This document shows, in pieces, positions 45,779-53,481 of a DNA stretch of 64,000 nt. A model generated the notes under the pieces. The model did no database searches. It saw nothing but the letters and a program-made list of their open reading frames with translations, and was not told the origin of the DNA. Origin of the DNA: Bryobacteraceae bacterium (GTDB lineage: Bacteria > Acidobacteriota > Terriglobia > Bryobacterales > Bryobacteraceae); the NCBI GenBank assembly GCA_035502635.1, contig DATJUG010000064.1, forward strand, positions 29,783 to 93,782, in the 5' to 3' direction. The position numbers and the translations under genes were made by a program. The first letter of the stretch is position 1. Each line of letters starts with the position of its first letter.

Positions 45779-47701
45779 ATGAACCGCTTTGATCGCGTCC
45801 CGATCCGACTCATTTTTATCTCCTGCTTGTCTTTGCTGCTGTTCGCGTCCGCGCGTGCGCCGCTTGCGTATGCACAACGCGAGCCGCTCTATGAAGTCGC
45901 CGTAACGAAGAACCAGATGGTCGTGATGCGGGATGGCGTTCGGCTTGCTACCGATATCTATCGCCCGGCACAAAGCGGCTCCGCGGTTGACGAGAAGTTT
46001 CCGGTAATCCTTGAGCGCACCCCCTATAACAAGGATGGCCTCTCAGTTGCGGCCGGCCACTACGTGCCTAAGGGCTACATCCTGGTTGCACAGGATGTTC
46101 GAGGCCGCTACAAATCGGAAGGGCATTGGTTTCCAATTCGTGACGACCCGAATGACGGATTCGACACGGCGAAATGGATTGGGTCTCAGCCATGGTGCGA
46201 CGGAAGTATCGGCACCATGGGGAGCTCTTACGATGGCGCAACTCAGCATGCGCTTGCCATTGCAAATGCTCCTTATATAAAGGCGATGATTCCGCGGAAC
46301 GCGATGTCGGACATCGGCCATTACGGCGTGCGGCACGACGGCGCTTTCGAGCTGCGCTTTTTTAACTGGGTTCTAACGCTCGGAAATCCGACGCCGACCG
46401 GCAATGAAGAGGCCGCGGCCGAGCGTGCCGCCATCGATCCAGCCGCGGCTCCTGCACTGGTTGAGATGGGAACTCACGTGCGCGATTATGTGCGCGGTCT
46501 GCCACTGCGTGCAGGCACAACGCCTCTTAAGTTTGCTCCCGATTACGAAGCGTGGCTGGTGCAGGCGATGAGTCACGGCGATTACGACGACTTCTGGAAG
46601 AATTCCGGTTCGAGCGTGGTCGATCACTTAGCCGAATACAAGGACGTTCCGGAGTATCACACCACCGGTTGGTACGACTCCTGGGGCGCTCAGGTCGCGA
46701 ATCTGAATTTCGTCGAGCTGCGAAGAACGAAAAAGAGCTTGCAACGATTGATCATTGGGCCTTGGATTCACAGCTCCGAAAATCGCAGCTTCGCCGGTGA
46801 AGCGCAGTTTACCGAAGATGCGGCGCTAGATCTTTGGGCTTTCCATTTGCGATGGTTCGATCATTGGCTGAAAGGAATCGATAACGGAGTCGACCGGGAG
46901 CCGCCTGTCCGCATTTATGTCATGGGCGGAGGCGACGGTCACAAGACTGCCGAGGGGCGCATCTATGTCGGTGGGCATTGGCGCGACGAGCATGAGTGGC
47001 CGCTTGCGCGTACGCGCCCCACTTCGTACTATCTTCACGCACGTGGCGTCCTTTCTCCCGCTAAACCCTCGGACGATTCGCCCATACATTACTTGTTCGA
47101 CCCTCGCAATCCCGTTCCGACCTTAGGGGGCAACGTATCCTCGCAAGGAACCCTAATGTTCCAGGGTGCGGCAGACCAAAGGTGCCGGCCGGACTTCTGG
47201 CTGTGCAAAGATTCGAGACCACTATCCGCGCGCAATGACGTACTCGTCTTTCAGACGCCCCCGCTCGAGAGCGATACGGAAGTGACCGGTCGCCTGATCG
47301 TGAAGCTCTGGGCTTCGTCGAATTCCTATGACACCGATTTCACCGCCAAGCTGATTGATGTTTATCCGCCGAATGCCGGTTTTCCCGCGGGTGTAGACCT
47401 GAACATTGCCGACAGCATTGTGCGGGCGCGTTATCGCAATGGCGCCGCCAAAGCGGAGTTGCTCAAGCCGGGGCAGCCCTACGAATTTACGATCGAGATG
47501 TACCCGACCTCGCTTGTTTTTCAGCATGGGCACCGCATTCGTCTCGACATCTCGAGCAGCAACTTTCCGCGCTTCGATATAAACCCCAACACCGGCGAGC
47601 CGTTGAACGATAATCGCCGTTGGCAGATCGCCGAAAATACTGTTTATCTCGACGCAAAACATCCTTCGCATATCGTGCTTCCGGTCATTCCGGCTAAATG
47701 A
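45779..47701 (+). CDS. Secreted CocE/NonD-family (S15 X-Pro dipeptidyl-peptidase-like) hydrolase
   Basis: Signal peptide, ERTPYNK, nucleophile elbow GSSYDG, and a C-terminal beta-sandwich ending with ...HPSHIVLPVIP. Confidence 0.8.
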   Translation: MNRFDRVPIRLIFISCLSLLLFASARAPLAYAQREPLYEVAVTKNQMVVMRDGVRLATDIYRPAQSGSAVDEKFPVILERTPYNKDGLSVAAGHYVPKGYILVAQDVRGRYKSEGHWFPIRDDPNDGFDTAKWIGSQPWCDGSIGTMGSSYDGATQHALAIANAPYIKAMIPRNAMSDIGHYGVRHDGAFELRFFNWVLTLGNPTPTGNEEAAAERAAIDPAAAPALVEMGTHVRDYVRGLPLRAGTTPLKFAPDYEAWLVQAMSHGDYDDFWKNSGSSVVDHLAEYKDVPEYHTTGWYDSWGAQVANLNFVELRRTKKSLQRLIIGPWIHSSENRSFAGEAQFTEDAALDLWAFHLRWFDHWLKGIDNGVDREPPVRIYVMGGGDGHKTAEGRIYVGGHWRDEHEWPLARTRPTSYYLHARGVLSPAKPSDDSPIHYLFDPRNPVPTLGGNVSSQGTLMFQGAADQRCRPDFWLCKDSRPLSARNDVLVFQTPPLESDTEVTGRLIVKLWASSNSYDTDFTAKLIDVYPPNAGFPAGVDLNIADSIVRARYRNGAAKAELLKPGQPYEFTIEMYPTSLVFQHGHRIRLDISSSNFPRFDINPNTGEPLNDNRRWQIAENTVYLDAKHPSHIVLPVIPAK

Positions 47702-47769
47702 GCGCCGTTCGCCGCTGGGCTTGTTCCTTTGCGCGCACCGAACTTGTGTAATGGCGCATCCCTATTAGA

Positions 47770-48348
47770 GTGCTGTCTTCCAGGAGGGAACCTAGCGTGG
47801 CCTCGCCTACACAAGAAGAGTTAGATAGTTCAAAACTGTTATTGCCGATTCAGCCTTACGATCACGTGCAGGGCGAACCAGAAGCGCGTTACACGCTAGT
47901 CGAATACGGTGATTACGAGTGCCCTGATTGCGGGCGCCTGTTCGTAACCATCCGCGAGCTGCGTGACAAGCTGCCAGGCGACATCCGCCTGGTCTTCCGC
48001 CATTACCCACGTTCGGGCATTCACCCGCACGCGCAGCAGGCCGCCGAGGCGGCCGAAGCTGCCAGCGCGCAGGGCTGCTTCTGGGAGATGCACGATCTCC
48101 TATTTGCCAATCAGAATGCTCTTGCCATGAAAAATCTGAATACGTATGCCCAGCAACTGTCGCTAGACACAGAAAGGTTTCGCAGCGAAATGAAGCGTCG
48201 AGTGTACGAAGATCGGGTGCGCGAGGATTTTCGCAGAGGAGTTGAAAACGGAGTATATGGAACCCCGGGTCTGTTCATCAACGGTATCCGGCACGATGGC
48301 GAGTTAGATCTGGATTCGTTACTTACTCGACTTCGGTCCTCAGCTTAG
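47770..48348 (+). CDS. DsbA-family thioredoxin-fold protein (no signal peptide)
   Basis: CxxC active site in YGDYECPDCG, and C-terminal GTPGLFING typical of the DsbA-like/thioredoxin_4 family. GTG start. Confidence 0.7.
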   Translation: MLSSRREPSVASPTQEELDSSKLLLPIQPYDHVQGEPEARYTLVEYGDYECPDCGRLFVTIRELRDKLPGDIRLVFRHYPRSGIHPHAQQAAEAAEAASAQGCFWEMHDLLFANQNALAMKNLNTYAQQLSLDTERFRSEMKRRVYEDRVREDFRRGVENGVYGTPGLFINGIRHDGELDLDSLLTRLRSSA

Positions 48349-48365
48349 GGAAAGAGGCTACGCTA

Positions 48366-50036
48366 ATGGCGAGACCAATAATACTGGCCATCGACGACGA
48401 TCCTGATGTATTACGTGCGATTGAACGCGACCTACGCCAACGATACAACCAGAACTACCGGATCTTACGGGCTGACTCGGGAGTAAGTGCTCTCGCTTTG
48501 TTGCGCCGTCTGCAACAAAGGAACGATGCGGTTGCGCTATTTGTAGTCGATCATAGAATGCCGCAGATGAATGGTATCGAGACTCTAATCGAGGCGATGA
48601 AGCTTTATCCGGACGCGAAACGCGTTTTGCTGACCGCCTACGCCGACACCGAAGCGGCGATAAAAGCCATCAACGACGTTCAGTTACATCACTATTTACT
48701 CAAGCCATGGGACCCGCCGGAGCAGCAACTGTATCCTGTGCTGGATGACCTATTGGCCGATTGGTCTTCGACACATAAGCCGCCGTTTGAGGGAGTGCGG
48801 GTTCTCGGCACGCGCTGGTCGCCGAAATCTTACGAAGCGCGCGATTTCCTCGCCCGCAACCAGGTGCCGTTTCAGTGGTTGGACGCCGATGCAGCCGCGC
48901 GCGACGGCGAGGTGAGCCGTCTTGTGGAAAGTCTCGGGCCGAATCAACTGAAACTGCCGATGATTTTCTTTCCGGATGGCGATCGGCTGGAGCAGCCAGG
49001 CTTGCAAGAGGTGGCGGCTAAGCTAGGTCTCCGTATGCGCGCCGGGCTTGAATTTTATGACGTAGCCATAGTAGGAGGCGGGCCGGCTGGTCTGGCAGCC
49101 GCCGTTTATGGAGCGTCAGAAGGTCTGAAGACGCTGATGGTAGAACGAGAAGCGCCCGGAGGGCAAGCCGGACTTAGTTCTAACATTGAAAACTATCTCG
49201 GCTTTCCTGCGGGGCTGAAGGGATCCGATCTGGCGATGCGAGCCGTAACTCAGGCCCGGCGTTTCGGCGTCGAAATTGTTTCGCCACAGGAAGCTAGTGC
49301 GATTCGCGTGGACGGGGCTTACCGCTACCTCAAGTTGAGCGACCAGACGGAGGTTTCATGCCACAGTTTGATACTAGCGACGGGAGTCCAGTGGCGGTCG
49401 CTCGATGTGCCGGGTATCGAGCGCTTACAGGGAGCGGGCGTCTATTACGGCGCCGCGGCCACCGAGGCCATGTCCTGCCGTAACGAAGTGGTTTATGTAG
49501 TGGGCGGCGCCAACTCCGCCGGCCAGGCCGCCATGTCTTTTTCGAAATACGCGAGGAACGTGGTGATGCTGGTTCGCGGTCCGTCGCTAGCAGCTACCAT
49601 GTCGCAATACCTGATTGATCAAATCGAAAAGACAGAAAACATTCAGGCTGTATTCCGGAGCCGCGTGACGGAAGTTCACGGCGAAGAGCACCTGGAATCC
49701 ATTTCGATTACATGCGATGCCAGTGGAGAAACTGAAACCGTTCCCGCGAGCGCGCTGTTTATTTTTATCGGCGCCGAACCTCGCACCAAGTGGCTGGATG
49801 GAGTGATCGAGCGGGATTCCAGAGGATTCATCCTGACTGGCCCCGATCTGCTGCGCGATGGCAAGCGGCCCAAAGGCTGGACGCTCGAGCGCGATCCCGG
49901 TCTTCTTGAAACCAATGTCCCTGGAATTTTCGCGGTCGGAGATGTTCGTCATGGGTCGATCAAACGTGTGGCTTCCGGTGTGGGGGAAGGCTCCGTCGCA
50001 ATCCAGTTTGTTCATCAATATCTCAGTAAAGTGTGA
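48366..50036 (+). CDS. Fused response-regulator receiver / thioredoxin-reductase-like flavoprotein
   Basis: Receiver domain (ILAIDDDPD, phospho-acceptor in FVVDHRMPQMNG, K in LLKPW). FAD motif DVAIVGGGPAGLAAA, NAD(P) motif VVGGANSAGQAA, and GIFAVGDV. Confidence 0.8.
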   Translation: MARPIILAIDDDPDVLRAIERDLRQRYNQNYRILRADSGVSALALLRRLQQRNDAVALFVVDHRMPQMNGIETLIEAMKLYPDAKRVLLTAYADTEAAIKAINDVQLHHYLLKPWDPPEQQLYPVLDDLLADWSSTHKPPFEGVRVLGTRWSPKSYEARDFLARNQVPFQWLDADAAARDGEVSRLVESLGPNQLKLPMIFFPDGDRLEQPGLQEVAAKLGLRMRAGLEFYDVAIVGGGPAGLAAAVYGASEGLKTLMVEREAPGGQAGLSSNIENYLGFPAGLKGSDLAMRAVTQARRFGVEIVSPQEASAIRVDGAYRYLKLSDQTEVSCHSLILATGVQWRSLDVPGIERLQGAGVYYGAAATEAMSCRNEVVYVVGGANSAGQAAMSFSKYARNVVMLVRGPSLAATMSQYLIDQIEKTENIQAVFRSRVTEVHGEEHLESISITCDASGETETVPASALFIFIGAEPRTKWLDGVIERDSRGFILTGPDLLRDGKRPKGWTLERDPGLLETNVPGIFAVGDVRHGSIKRVASGVGEGSVAIQFVHQYLSKV

Positions 50037-50054
50037 CATGAGGCAAAGTGCGAA

Positions 50055-51509
50055 ATGAGCAGCGCGATGGACATTTTGCGATCGTCGCCACAGGCCGGTT
50101 CAGACACTGCGGTCTCGCACCCGGCGGTAGATGAGCTCCAGGCAATCTCTGTTTTCTCCGATCTTCCATCGGATGCGTTGACTTGGCTCGCCACTCACAT
50201 GAGCGTGTTCGAGCTGCAACCTGGGGAGATTCTCGTTAGGGCCGGGGATCCCGCCGATCATCTCGTGGTTCTGTTTCGAGGTGAAGTACACGCCGAGCGG
50301 GCAGATGGAAGCGTCTATATCATGCACACGGGCCAAGTGACAGGGCTGCTCCCCTATTCACGCCTGACGCATTATCCATCTACCGCGCGAGCGGTCGCCG
50401 CCAGCCGTGGAGCTCGGCTCCACAAAGATCATTTCGCGGAGATGCTGGAACGGATACCGGCGCTGCAGCAGCGGCTCGTCAGCGTGTTGGCTGACCGCGT
50501 CCGTGAAACCACCGCGGCGGATCAGCAACGCGAAAAGCTGATGGCGCTTGGCAAGATCTCGGCCGGCCTTGCGCACGAACTGAATAATCCCGCGTCCGCG
50601 GCCCGGCGTGCGGCGCAAAATCTTCGACAGGCATTTATTTCGGTGCGCACCGCTGCTCTCGAACTCGAGAAACGCGGCTTGCCTCTCTCGGCCCGACTGT
50701 TTCTCGCACAGCTAGACTCAGACCGGATTAAAGAAGCCGGTGCACAGTCCGCTCTTGATACTCTGGACCGCAGCGATCGTGAAGAAGAGTTCGCGCGGTG
50801 GCTCGACGACCACGATGTTCCCAACTCCTGGGATCTCGCGGCCTCGCTGGTGGATGCGGGGTGCGATCGAAGCACGCTCGAACGCGTTGCCGAAGCAATT
50901 CCAGCAGAGTTCCTCGGCGATGCCTTCGTCCGCATCACCGCCTCGGTCACTATAACCAGGTTAATCGCAGACATTGAAAGCAGCGTTGGTAAAATCTCAG
51001 AGCTGGTCCGCGCGGTAAAGGAATACTCTTACATGGACCAGATGCCCGAGCAGGAGGTCGACATCCACGCGGGGTTGGAGAACACGCTGCTGATGCTGCG
51101 TCATCAATTGAAAAACGGCATTGAAGTCGTCCGCGATTACGATCGAAGCCTCCCGACCATATGCGCGCGCGGCAGCGAGCTGAACCAGGTCTGGACCAAT
51201 CTGATTTCGAATGCCGCTGACGCCATGAAGGGCAAAGGGAAGCTGCGCATCAAAACATCGCGCGAGGGAGCATGGGCCGTGGTGGACGTGGTGGACAATG
51301 GGCCAGGAATTCCGCCCAAAATTCAGAGTCGAATCTTTGAGCCGTTCTTCACTACCAAGCCGGTGGGCGAAGGCACCGGCCTGGGATTGGATACGGTTTA
51401 CCGGATTGTCAAGGCCCATCGCGGCGAGGTTAGCTTTCAATCCCAGCCCGGTGAAACTCAATTCGAAGTTCGCATTCCGCTTGCGAACTCAGGAAAGGCG
51501 GCGACCTGA
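50055..51509 (+). CDS. Cyclic-nucleotide-binding-domain histidine kinase
   Basis: cNMP-binding-like N-terminus (FELQPGEILVRAGDPADHLVVLFRGEV), H-box GLAHELNNP, N-box NLISNAADAM, G-boxes DNGPGI and GTGLGL. Confidence 0.8.
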   Translation: MSSAMDILRSSPQAGSDTAVSHPAVDELQAISVFSDLPSDALTWLATHMSVFELQPGEILVRAGDPADHLVVLFRGEVHAERADGSVYIMHTGQVTGLLPYSRLTHYPSTARAVAASRGARLHKDHFAEMLERIPALQQRLVSVLADRVRETTAADQQREKLMALGKISAGLAHELNNPASAARRAAQNLRQAFISVRTAALELEKRGLPLSARLFLAQLDSDRIKEAGAQSALDTLDRSDREEEFARWLDDHDVPNSWDLAASLVDAGCDRSTLERVAEAIPAEFLGDAFVRITASVTITRLIADIESSVGKISELVRAVKEYSYMDQMPEQEVDIHAGLENTLLMLRHQLKNGIEVVRDYDRSLPTICARGSELNQVWTNLISNAADAMKGKGKLRIKTSREGAWAVVDVVDNGPGIPPKIQSRIFEPFFTTKPVGEGTGLGLDTVYRIVKAHRGEVSFQSQPGETQFEVRIPLANSGKAAT

Positions 51510-51694
51510 GACGCACGCGCGCAGGGTTGTGAGCGGCGCCCAGGATTTATTTCGACGTGGCTATTGAGGAACTCGCGCAAAACAGCCGCGGTACTAAGCG
51601 CCGCCCCGAGACTTAGCGAGTTCCTTTGCTGTCTGGCGGCGCGCATCACGCCCTTTGCTTCGTGGGACAATCAACCTCAAGGCACTTTTTCGGA

Positions 51695-52684
51695 ATGCCG
51701 CTGCTTCGGCCGCTTCGAATCGTCATCCCTGGCGGCACCGGCCAGGTGGGTCAAATTCTGGCGCGGCATTTTCATGAGCGGGGACATCGGGTCACCGTCA
51801 TTGCCCGCCATCCCAAGCCGGCTGAATGGGCCGCCGTGGAGTGGGACGCGAGCCATCTTGACCGGTGGGCTCTGGCGATTGACGGCGCTGACGTGGTCAT
51901 CAACCTGGCTGGCCGAAGCGTCAACTGCCGCTACAACGCAGCCAACCGCCGCGAAATCAAGAATTCTCGAACCATTACGACTGGTTTGGTCGGCGAGGCG
52001 ATCGCAAGGTCCTCGCATCCGCCCCGGGTCTGGTTGAACGCGAGCACGGCAACCATTTACCGCCACGCTCTGGATAAGCCGATGGACGAAGCAACCGGCG
52101 AGCTGGGCGGCGGCGAGCCCGATGTGCCCCGCACCTGGCGCTTCAGTATCGACGTGGCGACAAGTTGGGAACGCGCATTCTTTGCCGCGGATACACCGCG
52201 CACCCGAAAAATTGCCTTACGTAGCGCAATGGTGATGAGTCCGGACGCCGGAGGCATTTTCGATACGCTGCTGCAGCTTGTCAAGTGGGGACTCGGCGGT
52301 GCGGCCGGAAACGGAGAGCAATACGTTTCCTGGATTCACGATGTCGATTTCACGCGAGCTATCGAGCATCTGATCGAGCATGAGGAGTTGAGTGGCGTGG
52401 TCAACATCTCTTCTCCATTCCCAGTACCCAATCGCGATTTCATGTGCTGTCTCCGCCACTCGTGGTGTACCAGCTATGTCGGCTTGCCGGCCCCGAAATG
52501 GGTGCTCGCGCTGGGCGCTGTTTTTCTAGGCACGGAAACCGAGTTAGTGCTCAAGAGCCGACGCGTGGTGCCGCGCCGTCTGCTGGAATCGGGTTTCGAA
52601 TTTCACTTCCCGAACTGGCGCGGAGCTTGCCAGGATCTAGTGCAACGCTGGCGCGAACTGCACTGCGAAGTAGCGGCGCATTGA
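51695..52684 (+). CDS. TIGR01777/YfcH-type NAD-dependent epimerase-family protein (with DUF1731 C-terminus)
   Basis: Rossmann IPGGTGQVG, internal SASTATIY, and C-terminal SRRVVPRRLLESGFEFHFP. Start at ATG 51695. Confidence 0.85.
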   Translation: MPLLRPLRIVIPGGTGQVGQILARHFHERGHRVTVIARHPKPAEWAAVEWDASHLDRWALAIDGADVVINLAGRSVNCRYNAANRREIKNSRTITTGLVGEAIARSSHPPRVWLNASTATIYRHALDKPMDEATGELGGGEPDVPRTWRFSIDVATSWERAFFAADTPRTRKIALRSAMVMSPDAGGIFDTLLQLVKWGLGGAAGNGEQYVSWIHDVDFTRAIEHLIEHEELSGVVNISSPFPVPNRDFMCCLRHSWCTSYVGLPAPKWVLALGAVFLGTETELVLKSRRVVPRRLLESGFEFHFPNWRGACQDLVQRWRELHCEVAAH

Positions 52685-52809
52685 ACCGAAGTCGCGATCG
52701 CAACCTAAGTCCCGAAAAGTGTGTGGCGGAGCGAGCTTCCTACTGGCGGCTGCGTTCGAACGAGCCCGAGACGCCATTTGGAAGTGGCCGGCGGCTGATC
52801 AGAGTCATA

Positions 52810-53172
52810 CTACGCTAGCTTCACAGCCTTTGATTTTCGAATACGGGAGTCGCGGGTTAGGAGCGGAATGTCATGCGTCAGACTTGTGGCCGCGATAATT
52901 TCATCGGCGGGATCGGACTGAAAATCCAGCGCGCGAAGATTCAGGCACACTTGGCGGGTAATCGGCCAGACATGCACCTGGTCCACGGCGGCGGCAAAGG
53001 TCTCATGGTCGAGGCCATACGTCAGCCGTCCAAGCTGATGCAATTTAGCGATCTCCCACAGGACGATGGCGGAAATGCTCCATTCAGGATCTTCGGTGAG
53101 GACGTTTCGCTCGCGTTGTGTGAGACTTCCCTCGAACGCTTTGATCAGAATATGAGTGTCCAGATTCAGCAT
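52810..53172 (-). CDS. vapC: PIN-domain toxin, VapC family
   Basis: MLNLDTHILI (first acidic residue), ...ISAIVLWEI..., and ...DPADEIIAATS.. are typical PIN blocks. First ATG at 53172; TTG at 53181 is also possible. Confidence 0.8.
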   Translation of the reverse strand: MLNLDTHILIKAFEGSLTQRERNVLTEDPEWSISAIVLWEIAKLHQLGRLTYGLDHETFAAAVDQVHVWPITRQVCLNLRALDFQSDPADEIIAATSLTHDIPLLTRDSRIRKSKAVKLA

Positions 53173-53380
53173 CCCAAGCAACTCCAGTCGAGAAGAGATC
53201 GTCTTGTGGATTCGACGCGAGACCTTTCAGGATCCCGATGAGGTCAGCGCAGGAGGAAGGGAGGGGCGTAATCTTGGCTATCGGCCGCCCGCGCTTCGTG
53301 ATGAGAATCCCATCCGCCGGCAGACCGTCGAGCAATTGGAGACACTGCTCGCGGAAATCGCTGACATTTAAGGTTTTCAT
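53084..53380 (-). CDS. Phd/YefM-like antitoxin (VapB-type partner) with an extended reading frame
   Basis: MKTLNVSDFREQCLQLLDGLPADGILITKRGRPIAKITP is a typical Phd/YefM N-terminus. The ORF has no stop near the vapC start and continues 25 codons inside vapC. Confidence 0.7.
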   Translation of the reverse strand: MKTLNVSDFREQCLQLLDGLPADGILITKRGRPIAKITPLPSSCADLIGILKGLASNPQDDLFSTGVAWDAESGHSYSDQSVRGKSHTTRAKRPHRRS

Positions 53381-53431
53381 GCCACAAGTGTACACCCTCT
53401 TGTACAATCGCCGAGCAGATGCAAGCCGCGC

Positions 53432-53476
53432 ACAAAGCGAGTGGATTCGAACCACCGACCTCCTGCTCCTCGGTCG
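53432..53476 (-). other. Orphan tRNA 3'-half-like fragment (T-arm plus 3' acceptor strand)
   Basis: The minus strand reads AGGTC-GGTGG-TTCGAAT-CCACT-CGCTTTG-T, i.e. variable-loop-like, T-stem, canonical T-loop, T-stem, then a 7-nt acceptor-like strand. No complementary 5' acceptor strand (CAAAGCG) or D-arm lies within ~90 nt upstream, so it is not a complete gene. Confidence 0.45.
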
Positions 53477-53481
53477 TCCAC

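Noticed and set aside
51516-51555. Rho-independent terminator after the histidine kinase gene.
   Set aside because: GC stem of only 6 bp with a bulge (GCGCGC / GCGGCGC) and a poor interrupted T-tract (ATTTATTT). Too weak to call.
52691-52710. The GCGATCGC palindrome (HIP1-like) after the epimerase gene.
   Set aside because: It is the only copy I noticed, so there is no evidence of iteration in this window.
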